Shown piece by piece: positions 26,298-37,600 of a stretch of 48,337 nt of DNA. This stretch comes from a virus (Duplodnaviria > Caudoviricetes). The notes beneath the pieces are model-generated. The model was given only the letters and a program-made list of their open reading frames with translations. It was not told the origin of the DNA and ran no database searches. Each line of letters begins with the position of its first letter. Within the stretch, counting starts at the first letter, position 1. The stretch covers positions 1-48,337 of the IMG/VR virus record IMGVR_UViG_3300025154_000149, one strand, 5' to 3'. Position numbers and translations under genes: made by a program.

Positions 26298-28015
26298 CAC
26301 TTAACAATTTCGCACTTTTTTACAACCGGTGCTTTATAGCGAAGATCTACCTCAATTTTCTTCACTAAATAATTGGTATTGCGGATCCTGAATTTCTTTT
26401 CCCAGGGAAAGTTAAACAACAAATACGATGGAAAATTAATCCATGTTTCGAAAGTCTGTGCCCGGTTGAGTTTCCAATCAACAAAATTTTTCCAGAGCTG
26501 CTCATAAATACCGTATGTGCCGTTAAATGAAAGCTGTAAATCGCCTACTTTATTATTGCCAAAATCAAAATTATTCCATGAACCAAACGGATAATCATCA
26601 TCGTTGCTGTCTTTTTTTAGTCCATGATACAGCAAATGTCGGTGCGCCATGCCAACTTTATCAATTCGGTATGGCAGGTTTCCTTTTTGACCTACCTGGG
26701 GAACCAGCCAGCTTCTTGCGCCATCCCGCACATCTAATCCAAGTGCTTCCCAGTTAACCGATGAATTGCCGGTTTCGAAAATAAGCATTGGTTGTGTGTG
26801 GCTGCTGTAATAGTCCTGGTGACGATTATATGCAAGTAAAACAAAATTCCAATCCGGCAGCCCTGATACTCCATCATAAGTTAATTGCATTTCGTAAAAT
26901 GCATTATTAAGCGTAAGAAGATAAACATCGTTAGGAGAAAAAGAGGTGGGGGTTAATAAAGAGTCAATTTCTCCTATAATTTTGTCTTTAAATTCGGTGA
27001 TATCCTTAAAATATGTTTCAATATAATAATCAAGGGTTTCCTGTTCTGATTTAATGGCCAGGCTTTCGTATTTTGTTTCGATAAGCTTTGTCATGCTTTT
27101 GCCGGCAATATTGTCTATCTCAATGTAATCGGGGTCGTTTAGAATTTCGTCGCCTAATAGAATTTTTACTTTGCCCGAAAATTCATTAACAAAAAAATGA
27201 ATATTATAGCGGTTGCGTATATTATTAATATAATTAATAATTGACAGTTCTGGAAGGTGTTTAGTGAGATAGGTTTTTCCGGTAACATACCCGGTTATAA
27301 TACTGGTATAATTACCTGAAGCATATACGGTTAAAATTGCAGTGGTGTTAAATTCGCATATTTTCTTTAAGTCTGCATGCGTTTTAAACCTGTTTTTTTC
27401 AACGGTATATCCGTTTTCCTTAAATATTTGTTCTAAAACATAGCCAACGTAAGGGAAGGGCGTTAATATTTCGAAAAATGCAGGGCTAATGTTCTGATAA
27501 ATGCCTGAAGGATAGTTTTGAAAGATAACGTTGTCCTTATAATCTATTTCGTAGCCGGTATCATCTGCAAAATTTTCGTTATGCACCGGAAACATAGCAT
27601 ATGCGCTGTCGGGATATTGCAAATCGAGGGTTGGAATAACGGCAGGAATATTTTGTTCACCGCCCAACGATAAATCCTGCAGCATCATGTTTTTTGTGCG
27701 CTCGTTAAAAGAACCAAGGCCCATACGGAAATACAGGTTAGCGGTTTTGTTGTCTGTTTTTTTTGCATAACAATATACCGGCCACATGTTGCCGCCCTGG
27801 TAACCAAGCGTGCCCTGAACGGTTACTGATGGAAGCCCTTTTTTGTCGGGGTAATTAATAAAGCCCAGGGCTTTGTCTAATTCTTTGGTTAATGGCAAAT
27901 TTAAGGTATATGAAAAAGAACCGTTTGTTTCGAAAAGCGGGTTGTTTAAAACAAACGGAATGGAAATGTCCGGCGGCAACGGTATGTTTTGGTTGTTTAT
28001 TTCGAGGATAAGCAT
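26294..28015 (-). CDS. Minor tail / baseplate hub-like protein
   Basis: NPLFETNGSFSYTLNLP N-terminus typical of Bacteroidota phage tail proteins; last gene of tail operon. Confidence 0.6.
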   Translation of the reverse strand: MLILEINNQNIPLPPDISIPFVLNNPLFETNGSFSYTLNLPLTKELDKALGFINYPDKKGLPSVTVQGTLGYQGGNMWPVYCYAKKTDNKTANLYFRMGLGSFNERTKNMMLQDLSLGGEQNIPAVIPTLDLQYPDSAYAMFPVHNENFADDTGYEIDYKDNVIFQNYPSGIYQNISPAFFEILTPFPYVGYVLEQIFKENGYTVEKNRFKTHADLKKICEFNTTAILTVYASGNYTSIITGYVTGKTYLTKHLPELSIINYINNIRNRYNIHFFVNEFSGKVKILLGDEILNDPDYIEIDNIAGKSMTKLIETKYESLAIKSEQETLDYYIETYFKDITEFKDKIIGEIDSLLTPTSFSPNDVYLLTLNNAFYEMQLTYDGVSGLPDWNFVLLAYNRHQDYYSSHTQPMLIFETGNSSVNWEALGLDVRDGARSWLVPQVGQKGNLPYRIDKVGMAHRHLLYHGLKKDSNDDDYPFGSWNNFDFGNNKVGDLQLSFNGTYGIYEQLWKNFVDWKLNRAQTFETWINFPSYLLFNFPWEKKFRIRNTNYLVKKIEVDLRYKAPVVKKCEIVKC

Positions 28016-28018
28016 TGG

Positions 28019-28369
28019 TTAAATAAATGAGATTGCTAAATTCTTACACTCGGTATAGACTAACATTTCCTGTTCTGTCAATTCATCTATGTTTATTATT
28101 GTAGAAAATGGTTGTGTGTCGTCAATAATCACTAATCTTTCTTGCGACCCATGCTGACTGTAATCAGTTTGCGCAACGCAATACTGTAATTCTTCACCTT
28201 GTGGTATTTTGCTAATTACTAAACTTCTAAAGCCTTCTACTACGTTTTGTTGTGCCTCGTTTAATTCACTAATCAGGTATTCAATACCTTCATGATTTTC
28301 TACGTCATCACCAACGGAATGGACTACGTCAAAATGATCTTTTCTTAATATAAAATTTAATAATTTCAT
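28019..28369 (-). CDS. Hypothetical protein, possible tail fibre chaperone
   Basis: 116 aa acidic, directly after fibre gene. Confidence 0.45.
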   Translation of the reverse strand: MKLLNFILRKDHFDVVHSVGDDVENHEGIEYLISELNEAQQNVVEGFRSLVISKIPQGEELQYCVAQTDYSQHGSQERLVIIDDTQPFSTIINIDELTEQEMLVYTECKNLAISFI

Positions 28370-28385
28370 GCTTTTTATTTTTTAA

Positions 28386-31271
28386 TTATTCAACGTCAAC
28401 GTCTGCTATAATTGTACCGCCCGTAAGGTTTGTAAACGGTTTACATCCGGTTTTCCGCAACTCAACAGTAGCAACCACAGGTGTATCTATTGTTATATAG
28501 CAACCTGCGTTGTCTTCCTCAACTTCAAATGTGCCGTCTAAGTTATCTGTAACCGTAACATAGTATGCCCCTATTGCTACAATTGCAGCCACCATTTCGG
28601 CGGCAATATCTATTGCAGTCATAACACCACCACCAGAGTTTCCTGTAATTGTATTGGTAGTCGTACCGCCATAATAGTCAATCAGACGGAATGAATTCAA
28701 TAAATCCGCAGTACATGATATTAGATATTTTCTTTTTGTTCCTGTTGTAATGTTTTCATCCGCAACGTTTAAGGATAAACCTGCTGATAATACCTTAACC
28801 GCTTCTGTAGTAGAACTGTACGGTATTTGAATTGCGTTACAGTAGTTTGCGTTTATTTCATTCTGTGCAAAAACAGCTCCATTTATCACTATTTTAGAAT
28901 CTTTTAAATACAAAACTGGCAAGCCTGCCGCTGTAGCCATTAAGGCAATTCTACTATTATTTATAAAAATTAAGCTCGACGTAACTGCTTTAATTGCATA
29001 CGGTATAGCTAAAGATGACCCGTACACTTGTAAATTACAATTATTTATCTGTAATTCTGCATTAGAAATATTCATATACCCAAATACCCCTGAAATACCC
29101 GAAAGTATGACCTTGCCTCCGGTTGCCGTTACAAAATCCACGTAGCCAGTTTGCCCGTTATAGTTTCCGAATAAAAAAACCGTCCCCCCTGTAATATTTA
29201 CCCCTCTACCATACGAGGGGGAATTATACAATTTATTAACAACCGAAACACCCGCATCTCCTGAAATCAGATTGCATTGGTCAATAAACATCGTACTGCC
29301 GTTATTTACTGCGGTAAGGAATAGCCCTTTTATTGATATAATTGAACCCGCTGCCTGACCGATAATTGTACCAGTTAAACTAACCATGTAGTAATCACCA
29401 TTTTTAACAGACATTCCATAACTTACGGAAACCGGTACAAGTCTATAAATAGAAGCAAGACCAATCCCTTGTCCATAGATACAGTGACTTGTTGTACTAA
29501 TCACTTCAACAGCAGTTAATTTTGAAATCGTTCCGTCGTCAACGTGTACTGCATAGTTCGCCGTTGACTTAATTGTTAGAATATTAACGATTAAATACCC
29601 TCTTAGTCTCATCGCATAAGACCCCTGAGATAATACGTAATTACCTTTTATTACTAAACTAATTCCTGACGTCGCTTGAGAAGCGTAAATGGCAACTGTA
29701 TTGATACTTATCGCCTGATCGAATTCAAAGATTGCATTTACGAAATTCGTATAAAAATAGTAGAAAATATAATAGCTACCCGTACCCTTATGGTAAAACG
29801 TTCCATAACCAGTGCATTTAAAATCAAATTTATTAGTGGTAACGGTAAAAATATGAATGCTTGACGCAGTTGTTACAACAGCACCAGCTTCAAAGTGAAA
29901 ATTGACGCCAGGTTTATTCAGCGTTGCCGTAATAGCATATACACCTGTTCTTACAATTATTGTGTGCGGGTAACAAATATCTATTGTAATTGCGTTTGCA
30001 CGAGCCACTTCGCTCATTGTAAATGAATCCGCTGCAATTGCCGTTATAAATACAGACTTAGTGGATGAAGTTGACGTTGAACTAAACACTTGTTGTCCTA
30101 TATATAACTTAGCAATATCTTCCGGCGCTACGCCAGTAACTTCTGCGCTTGCATTTGTAATAGTACAGTCGATAGTTTCTTCGGACGTAATTTGCGTTAA
30201 AGCATATGCTACGGTAGCGTATGGCGCAATAATAGAACCATAACCAACTGCATCCGTACCACCGTTTGCAACGTAAACTGTTTTTTGGTTTAAAAGGCTA
30301 ACTATATCTACGTCAATCCTGCTTTCTGCCTCGTTTCGGGTTGCACGAAGCGGCCTGACAAAATTAAGGGTTGTTTCGTCAGTTATAGGTGTACCTTCGT
30401 CGGCAATGGTGTGGCCGCCACCCTCTTCATCCGTATTATCAATCTTCTCCCATACCGTTCCATTAAAAACAATATTATCCTTAGCCTGCCAGTCGGCCTC
30501 ACCATCAATCTCGGTGGTTCCGGCAACGTTTACTGTATAATAATGCCCTGTAGTGCCTGTGCTGCTGACTAATTCGGGTGTGTTGGTTGTGGCGTTCCAT
30601 ACTCCCTGGTATTGCATTGCGCCTACAACGGCTGCCGGTAGTTGGGCAATGGGTATTTTTGTACCGGCATCAAGTGTGGCTACTCCGTTGGCGGCTGCTT
30701 TTTCGGTTGCGTCAATCTTGGCTTCCCAGGCTTTTGCCTGTGCATTGCTAACGGTTTTGTCTTTTACCGTATCGGTGTCGGTTTCATCAACCTGGTTTTG
30801 GTAACGGTAGGGCAATACATATCCGGTGCTTGCTGTTAATGCCAACAATACCGGGTTTACTATACCGGTGGTTGGGCGTGTGAGGGTTAATGCCCCGGCG
30901 GTTGCCTGCGAAACAAAATATAGCGAGCCTGGTGTTAAGCTGCTCAAGCCTTCAGCTAAGCCTACCTGTACTATCCTGAAAAATTCAGCTTCAACCAGCA
31001 CTACTATAAAAATGCCCACGGTAGCCGTACTATTTGCACGTGCTTTCTTGTAAATTGTGCCATCGTGGTAAACGGCATTGCCAACCGAAAAGCCATGCCC
31101 CGCCTGCTCAACGGTAAAGGCTATTTGCGTGGTAAGCCCGCGGCTGTCCTGTATGGCGGTTAATAGTTGCGTAAATGAACTATTGCCAATAGGCCCGCTA
31201 ATTGCCTGGGCATGATTGCTTGTATAATTAGCATCTATATAGTCTTTTATTGCTTGCAGATCGGCGTCCAT
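28386..31271 (-). CDS. Tail fibre/spike, mosaic receptor-binding protein
   Basis: 961 aa; NGVATLD..KIP..QLP and YQGVWNATTNTP fibre modules; VYVANGGTD..GSI.APYATV entry to a beta-helix-like region. Confidence 0.7.
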   Translation of the reverse strand: MDADLQAIKDYIDANYTSNHAQAISGPIGNSSFTQLLTAIQDSRGLTTQIAFTVEQAGHGFSVGNAVYHDGTIYKKARANSTATVGIFIVVLVEAEFFRIVQVGLAEGLSSLTPGSLYFVSQATAGALTLTRPTTGIVNPVLLALTASTGYVLPYRYQNQVDETDTDTVKDKTVSNAQAKAWEAKIDATEKAAANGVATLDAGTKIPIAQLPAAVVGAMQYQGVWNATTNTPELVSSTGTTGHYYTVNVAGTTEIDGEADWQAKDNIVFNGTVWEKIDNTDEEGGGHTIADEGTPITDETTLNFVRPLRATRNEAESRIDVDIVSLLNQKTVYVANGGTDAVGYGSIIAPYATVAYALTQITSEETIDCTITNASAEVTGVAPEDIAKLYIGQQVFSSTSTSSTKSVFITAIAADSFTMSEVARANAITIDICYPHTIIVRTGVYAITATLNKPGVNFHFEAGAVVTTASSIHIFTVTTNKFDFKCTGYGTFYHKGTGSYYIFYYFYTNFVNAIFEFDQAISINTVAIYASQATSGISLVIKGNYVLSQGSYAMRLRGYLIVNILTIKSTANYAVHVDDGTISKLTAVEVISTTSHCIYGQGIGLASIYRLVPVSVSYGMSVKNGDYYMVSLTGTIIGQAAGSIISIKGLFLTAVNNGSTMFIDQCNLISGDAGVSVVNKLYNSPSYGRGVNITGGTVFLFGNYNGQTGYVDFVTATGGKVILSGISGVFGYMNISNAELQINNCNLQVYGSSLAIPYAIKAVTSSLIFINNSRIALMATAAGLPVLYLKDSKIVINGAVFAQNEINANYCNAIQIPYSSTTEAVKVLSAGLSLNVADENITTGTKRKYLISCTADLLNSFRLIDYYGGTTTNTITGNSGGGVMTAIDIAAEMVAAIVAIGAYYVTVTDNLDGTFEVEEDNAGCYITIDTPVVATVELRKTGCKPFTNLTGGTIIADVDVE

Positions 31272-31283
31272 GGTGTATATTTT

Positions 31284-32933
31284 TTATTCAAAATCGGGTT
31301 CGGCTTCTTCAAAACCGGTGAAATAATCATAATAATAATCGTCGTTGTAATCTCCTTTAATTGGTATTTCATCATCAGAGTATGCGTTATCGATAAATGC
31401 ACGTTCGTAAGTAAGTACCAGGTCGTATATGCGCGAATTATCGCTGTGCAATTCCACTTCGTCGGTGTTGAACAGAACAGGAACCGTGCGCCCGTTAATT
31501 ACTTCGTAGGCTTTTTCGCTAAGTTCAATTTGGCGGGCATAGTTTTTCCAATCCTGGGCGTACAAATCGCCACTTATGTTATTCATTATCCCAAAATTGA
31601 CGGTAAACTTCCGGCTTTCTTCCTGGTTAACCTGCATTACTTCCCTGTCTTTTGATGTATAATCAACCGGCAGCAACATGCTAACCTGGGTGCGCGTGTA
31701 ATTAGCTTTTGCCGTAGCTATTCCGGTCGCCCGCATGGTATCGAAACCACCAAGAGAATTTTCGAATATAAAAAAGCGGGTTTGCTTATAGAAGGTTGAA
31801 TCGAGGTAATATATCCGCTTTTCGGTTAATGCACTGGCGGCATTGTCTGTGAGCCACACTTCGTAATAATCGACAATTTTTAACGGATCTACATCGCCCA
31901 GCTCCATTATCTGGAAACCAACATTACACTCAATTACATCGTATTTTGCCACATCGGCAAGCGTTTCTTTCAGTACCGTATCGGTAGTTGCATCGGTGTA
32001 ATAGAGTTTTACGTATAGTTTTACGGTACTTACAAAATTCCAGTGATGGATGTAAAAAAGTTTTTCAATTTGCGTAAGGCCTACTTTTTTGTTGTTTGGC
32101 TGTAGCGTTAAGAATTTGTGCGAGGTGAGTAAACGGCTCCACCAATTGTCGCCCTGCTCATGGTAATAGGCCATTTGCATGAAACTAGATTTCCCTTTTA
32201 AGGTGTAATACGTGCTACTTGTATATACTTTTTTGTTTACAGCCGGAAAACCGTAACTCTCCCAATAGCGGAAGTAATAAGAATGTACTGGTTCGGTGCG
32301 CTGAATTAATAGCGTATCGGTAGCCTCGGGATAAGTAAAATCAGTTGAAACAAGGCTGGTAAGTACTTTCTTAATATCAAAAAGGGCGTGTAAATCTTCA
32401 TCCGGATCCGCTTCCATTTCGCTTCCTTCTACCAGGCCGTCGGCGGTGTAAATTGCCAGGTTAATTTTAAAGTTTTCGCGGTATGTAGGTGCAACACCTG
32501 CCACAACACCGCTAACTGTAAATGTTAATGTTCCGGTATAAGTTGCTAGAAAGTTGTCTTCAGCTGCTTCCCATGCTTCAATAGTAATAGTTAATGAATC
32601 TTCTGAAATTGTAATTTCATACAATTGATCAAAACTGTAATTTGAGCGAATGGCATTATATAAATTATCAACAAAATCTTCAAGAGTACCAGCACCTTTT
32701 GACGGAAATTGTAACCCTGAATCATCCGGATTGTCTTTACATGTAAAAGTAAAAATACTATCGGTGCGGGTAATTGTTATGGTATCATCTTCCACGGCTC
32801 CAACAGTAACGGTTAAAGCTACTTTGCGCTTTGTTCCGGCAGATATTTGAAAATTGTCGGTGAGCAAATCAATAAAGGTTGAGTCGTCAGACAAAACCAC
32901 AATGGGCGGAGCAGATGAAAGGGTTAAGGCCAT
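31284..32933 (-). CDS. Minor tail protein
   Basis: FENSLGGFDT motif; acidic beta-rich 549 aa; tail synteny. Confidence 0.6.
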   Translation of the reverse strand: MALTLSSAPPIVVLSDDSTFIDLLTDNFQISAGTKRKVALTVTVGAVEDDTITITRTDSIFTFTCKDNPDDSGLQFPSKGAGTLEDFVDNLYNAIRSNYSFDQLYEITISEDSLTITIEAWEAAEDNFLATYTGTLTFTVSGVVAGVAPTYRENFKINLAIYTADGLVEGSEMEADPDEDLHALFDIKKVLTSLVSTDFTYPEATDTLLIQRTEPVHSYYFRYWESYGFPAVNKKVYTSSTYYTLKGKSSFMQMAYYHEQGDNWWSRLLTSHKFLTLQPNNKKVGLTQIEKLFYIHHWNFVSTVKLYVKLYYTDATTDTVLKETLADVAKYDVIECNVGFQIMELGDVDPLKIVDYYEVWLTDNAASALTEKRIYYLDSTFYKQTRFFIFENSLGGFDTMRATGIATAKANYTRTQVSMLLPVDYTSKDREVMQVNQEESRKFTVNFGIMNNISGDLYAQDWKNYARQIELSEKAYEVINGRTVPVLFNTDEVELHSDNSRIYDLVLTYERAFIDNAYSDDEIPIKGDYNDDYYYDYFTGFEEAEPDFE

Positions 32934-32946
32934 TTAATCTTTCTTT

Positions 32947-33606
32947 TTATTTAATTAATAGTCCGGTTGCTATTCCGGTAATAGACCAAAACCACCATTT
33001 TTGATAAAATTTTCGTGGTTCGGGTTTAATAACTATATTTTGTGCTGATATTAATTTAGCATTGGGATCGGGGAAGGATATATCCAGAACAAGTTCTTTT
33101 TGCTTTAGAAATCCTGTTCTTTTCCAGTACGATACATTTGTAAAATCGATTAAATAGGTGTAATTAAAATCCATGTACGAAGGATAAATAATTCCGTTAA
33201 AATCAAGATAAGTTGTGTTGTAGTTAAATTTCTTCACAAAACTTGAATCGATACCATTAATTAGCAAGGTGTCGTAAATAGTAATTGTATCATGATAGGT
33301 TACCAGTAATTTGGCCTCTAAATACGATACAAGATTGTTCAGGTTTTTCACCTGCTTTTTAAGACCAAAATTGTTGGTTATTAATTCATCGGCAATAGCT
33401 TTTAGCTCTTTATTGGTAATATTAATAGCCTTAATTTCAGCAATTATTGCATTGTTTTGCCCCTGGTAATAAGTAATTGTATCGTTTTTTGATTTAATTA
33501 CCTGCTTGTAATCGGCTATTTTGCTGTTTATATTAAAATAAACAGTAATAGCTGATAGCAGAAAGCCTATAAGTGCAGCTAATATTAATGTGGTTTTTAT
33601 TTTCAT
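32947..33606 (-). CDS. Spanin-like lysis accessory protein
   Basis: N-terminal TM, coiled coil, C-terminal KWWF plus hydrophobic tail; follows endolysin. Confidence 0.55.
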   Translation of the reverse strand: MKIKTTLILAALIGFLLSAITVYFNINSKIADYKQVIKSKNDTITYYQGQNNAIIAEIKAINITNKELKAIADELITNNFGLKKQVKNLNNLVSYLEAKLLVTYHDTITIYDTLLINGIDSSFVKKFNYNTTYLDFNGIIYPSYMDFNYTYLIDFTNVSYWKRTGFLKQKELVLDISFPDPNAKLISAQNIVIKPEPRKFYQKWWFWSITGIATGLLIK

Positions 33607-34082
33607 GATTTTATTGAAAATTTTTGTGGATAATTCCTTATTTCCTGGTGTGGACGGTCCCAGCCCATTTCGTCTTTTTTATTTGTCCATAACATACCCG
33701 AATGCAAGTAAAGTTTTTTAGGTATTTTTCCTTCTCTCTTGAGCCTGTCCCATACGCTTCTGTATAAGGTTGATATATATACAAGCCTTTCGGTATTCCA
33801 GTTAATTTCACCATTTACAAAAGCACAAAGATCAAGGGCAAGTGATTTGCCTTCAGTATCTTTTAACTGGTGATAGCTTTTATTTATGTAGCCATCTTTG
33901 GTTGACCATTCGTCATTGTATAATTCATTTTGATAAGAATCGCTTCGTAAACCACCCCAGTCGGGAATTGAAATATCAATTGCACTTTCTTTAATTGTTT
34001 CTTCGGCGCAAAGCTGAAGATAGCGGTTAACTGTGCTTAATATGTTGTTTGAGCGATTACTGAATTTGAACATCCTGACCAT
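33603..34082 (-). CDS. Endolysin, M15-family (L-Ala-D-Glu) peptidase
   Basis: GLRS..YQ..LY, SYHQ...ALD, WDRPHQE zinc-peptidase motifs. Confidence 0.75.
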   Translation of the reverse strand: MVRMFKFSNRSNNILSTVNRYLQLCAEETIKESAIDISIPDWGGLRSDSYQNELYNDEWSTKDGYINKSYHQLKDTEGKSLALDLCAFVNGEINWNTERLVYISTLYRSVWDRLKREGKIPKKLYLHSGMLWTNKKDEMGWDRPHQEIRNYPQKFSIKS

Positions 34083-34323
34083 CCTTTTTTTCGCCTAATG
34101 AAATAGTTGCCAATAGTGTAATTAATCCTGAAAGCAATCCGCAAATTGCCACAATACCTGCTACATTATACTCTTTATCAAGAAATACAACCCCATATAT
34201 ATAAGCCAATCCCATTAACAATGAAAGGATAATAATTACTGTAGCTGATGATAATACTACTACCCTTTTAGAGGAAGTGTTTCCGTTTCTATCCTTAAGT
34301 AAGGTGTTTTCATTATTTTTCAT
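34057..34323 (-). CDS. Holin-like membrane protein (2 TM)
   Basis: SSKRV plus two hydrophobic helices; upstream of endolysin. Confidence 0.6.
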   Translation of the reverse strand: MKNNENTLLKDRNGNTSSKRVVVLSSATVIIILSLLMGLAYIYGVVFLDKEYNVAGIVAICGLLSGLITLLATISLGEKKDGQDVQIQ

Positions 34324-34546
34324 TGGTGCGATTTTTATTGGTTTTAAACTCATCCAGCATTTTATCGTCTTTACGGCGTCGGCGGGTAATAAGAAACTGA
34401 TCGTAAATTTTCATCATGTAATATGAGATCATAAATGTTGTAAGTATAATTCCGAGTAGTATACTTATTGCAGGCCAGTGTGGGTAGTTTATAATATTAA
34501 CTAACATAGTTAATGCGTAACCACTGGCAGGGATAGCTTCTTTCAT
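34313..34546 (-). CDS. Holin/antiholin-like membrane protein
   Basis: Hydrophobic helices and basic C-tail; start revised to MKEAIP. Confidence 0.55.
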   Translation of the reverse strand: MKEAIPASGYALTMLVNIINYPHWPAISILLGIILTTFMISYYMMKIYDQFLITRRRRKDDKMLDEFKTNKNRTNEK

Positions 34547-34564
34547 ATCTATTCTTTTTGCTTC

Positions 34565-34600
34565 CAAAGATTGACTTTTTAGTATCGTTTATAAAGGACA
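34565..34600 (-). promoter_or_regulatory. Putative late promoter copy (TGTCCTTT-N20-AATCTTTG)
   Basis: Same motif; upstream of lysis cassette. Confidence 0.65.
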
Positions 34601-34612
34601 CGCTTATGTGTA

Positions 34613-37600
34613 TTATTCAAAGTTTTCAATTGCATTTGCTTCGTTTATATGTTGGCGCCCTTCGCGCCATGTGCTTGGTGGCACTATGGCAACAGGCGGT
34701 GTTTTTAGGTACTGTACCATTAAGCTCATCACTTGACGGCTTGCAGCCAGCTCAGCTTTTAAATCAGAATTATCTACATTAATATTATTGGTTACCGGCT
34801 GGCTGTAGCCAACACCACCCCCGGTGGTATACCCGCGGGTATAGTTTATTGCTTCGTTAAGCCCTGAATAATTTAGTGAACGCAAGCGTTTTGGCTCAAC
34901 GTAACTCGAAATAAAATTTGATATTACCGGATCCTGCATACCTTCCTGGTTAACTACATACTCGTTGGCATGCACGGTTCCTTTAGGTTCGTATTTTCTT
35001 CCGGGGCCGGTATGGCCACCTGACCAAAAATTGGAAGCTGCTGCATAATTAGACCATATAGCGGCTTCGTTAGCAATGGTGCGGATAATTGCCGCAGTAG
35101 TAAGCGCCACCCTTAACGATTGAGTTAAATCGGCGGTAACTACAGGATTTGAGTTTATACGGGCAAGTTCAACACCACCTTCCATTAATACCATGCCCGA
35201 TGATAAAATAGCCTGCCTGAGTGCCCACTTTTTTTCCAACTTACGTTTTTCTTCATCAAGCTCTTTTTGTAGTTGTTTTTGCTTTTCAGCGTTTCCTTCA
35301 GCTGCTTCAATTCTGTAATTATAAGCCTGTTCAATAGATTGTATCTCGTTGCTTGATGCCATCTGGAACATTGAACTTATGGCATCTGTGGCATAATGCA
35401 TGGAGTTTATCCATTCATCTGTTGTACGCCTTTTGCTGTCGAGTATTTCCTGGTCAATTAAGGCAACCCTGTCTTTATACTCGGCTAAGCTTATTATTTC
35501 AGCTTCGAGCATTGCATCCAGCATCACCTTTCTGCCTTCAAGCGTTTCCTGGTATTTCTGAATTAAATAGGTTGATTCATCCTGAATGGTTTCTTCATCG
35601 GGGAATGGATCCATTTTATTTTTTTCACCCTCAGGGAAGTATTTATCATAAATAGCCTTGCTTGCTTTATAATATTCTTCTTCGCTTAACAGGCGGGCTG
35701 CTTTATTTTCGTCAAGGGCTTGCATTTCTATAACAAAAAGTTCCTTTTGTTTTATTAGCCCATATTGCTTGCGTAGCTCAAGCAAGGCTTTTTGCAGGTC
35801 TTCTTCTGATTCAATAATATTTTCGGCGAAAGGCCTAATTTTTGACGCCTTTTCTAATTCCTTATTAATAAGAAACAATGAATTTTCAAGAGTATAAAGT
35901 TCTCCTGCTTTTTTTGCCATATCGCCAACTAAAATGTCTGCTAAATCAGAATCTCCCAACTCCCTTTTTATTTCAACAACTTCGTCGCTAAGAACATTGA
36001 ACAATTCTTTAAGTTCTGAAACTGATAATTTAGAAATAGCCGCGTTTAGTTTATTTATTTGCGCTTCAGTTGTGTCCAGAACCTCTTTTTCTATAAATAT
36101 TCCCGGACTTATTTCTTTCAATTCTTTTTTCAGCAATCCAACTTCACGCAAAAATTTTAATATTTTTTCTTTATTAATAATTCGCTCAGTGTTTTCAAGT
36201 TCCTTATTAAAATTGCTTTGTTGTTTTGTTGCATCTTTTGCCTTCGTTCGAAATAAAAAAAACGCACTTGCCGCTGAAGTTAAAACGCTTACCAATAACC
36301 CAACTGGGTTTGATTTAACTACAGTATTGAATACCCTGGTTGCTGCTGCTGCTAAATTTGTATATACTGTATATTGTTTTGTGAGATGCCCCGCCAATAA
36401 AATTGCCAATCGATAGCTAACGAGCGCAGTAGTACCAACCGCAATGATTTTTAAAAATAAACCTATGCCTTTTACCAGCCTGTCAAAATTTATATATAGA
36501 GATATAACTACCCTTTCAAGAAACTCCATAACGCTTGTTTTCATAAATAGCGCAGCAAAATCTTTAGTTAGTTTTTCTAATGTTGCACCAAGCGTTGCAT
36601 TTTTAATATTAAATTCTTCCTGTAACGACGTTCCTTTTTCAAATTCTTCGTTGGCTGTTCTCTGTGCTTCTCTTATTGTATCAGTATTTTCGATAAGGGC
36701 ACCTAAAACGGCAGCAGACCTTTGCCCTTCAACTCCCAGCATTTCTAAAGACTTAACCATTCCCGTAACGCCTCCTTCTGTAGATTTTGCACTATCGAGC
36801 ACAGTTAACAACGCTTCATTAGTGTCGCTGGCAAGCAGGTCGCTTAATTGCTGTGTTGACATACCCGCCATTTTTGCGTATCTAGGAATGTCTTTACCAA
36901 TAGCTATTATTAATTTTGAAAATACAGTTGACGACACTTCGGCAGTTTGCCCAAGCTGATCCAGGGCAGCAGCAAGTCCTAATGTATCTGCCGCCGATAT
37001 ATTTGCATTTGGGGCAATACCTGCTACCCGCTTGGTGAATTCAACCAAATAACCTTCACTGGCGGTTGATGCCGCACCAAGTGCGTTAATGGCTGAGCCT
37101 ATTTTCATCATACCTTCTTCAAGTCCATATTCTTCTTTTATTTTAAAAATGGCAACTAATTTTCCGATGTGGTTTATAGCTTCTTCAGTATTTCCTCCTA
37201 GATCTTCGCTAAGGGCAACATTTATTTTATCAGCCGCCCGTACAAACCCTTCCACGTCTTTTATTCCAGAAATTCCCAATTTCCCGGCTATGCGCGCAAG
37301 GCCTAATAATTCTTTATTCGCGGTGCGGGTATCAAATGTTTTAAGTGTTTTATAAAGTTCTTTTACTTCCTTATCAGTAAGTCCTGTTGTTTTTCTTACA
37401 TCGGCAAATGAATCGGAAAGCTCTGCATTGCCTTTTATAATACTGCTAAATTTAAACGCTATGCCGGTTAATGTGGCAATAACCGAAGCGCCCAAAAGGG
37501 CAAAGCGGTTAAAGCCATCGGCAATTTTACCCATTGATTGGCGCATGCCATTGCCTCCGGATTTAACCTTATGCATTTGTGCTTCTACCTTTTTAAGTTC

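Noticed and set aside
28386-31271. Tail fibre as a remote DGR target
   Set aside because: No SAFR...SRLC-like segment or TR similarity seen by eye in this or other ORFs; a BLASTN of TR against the window would confirm
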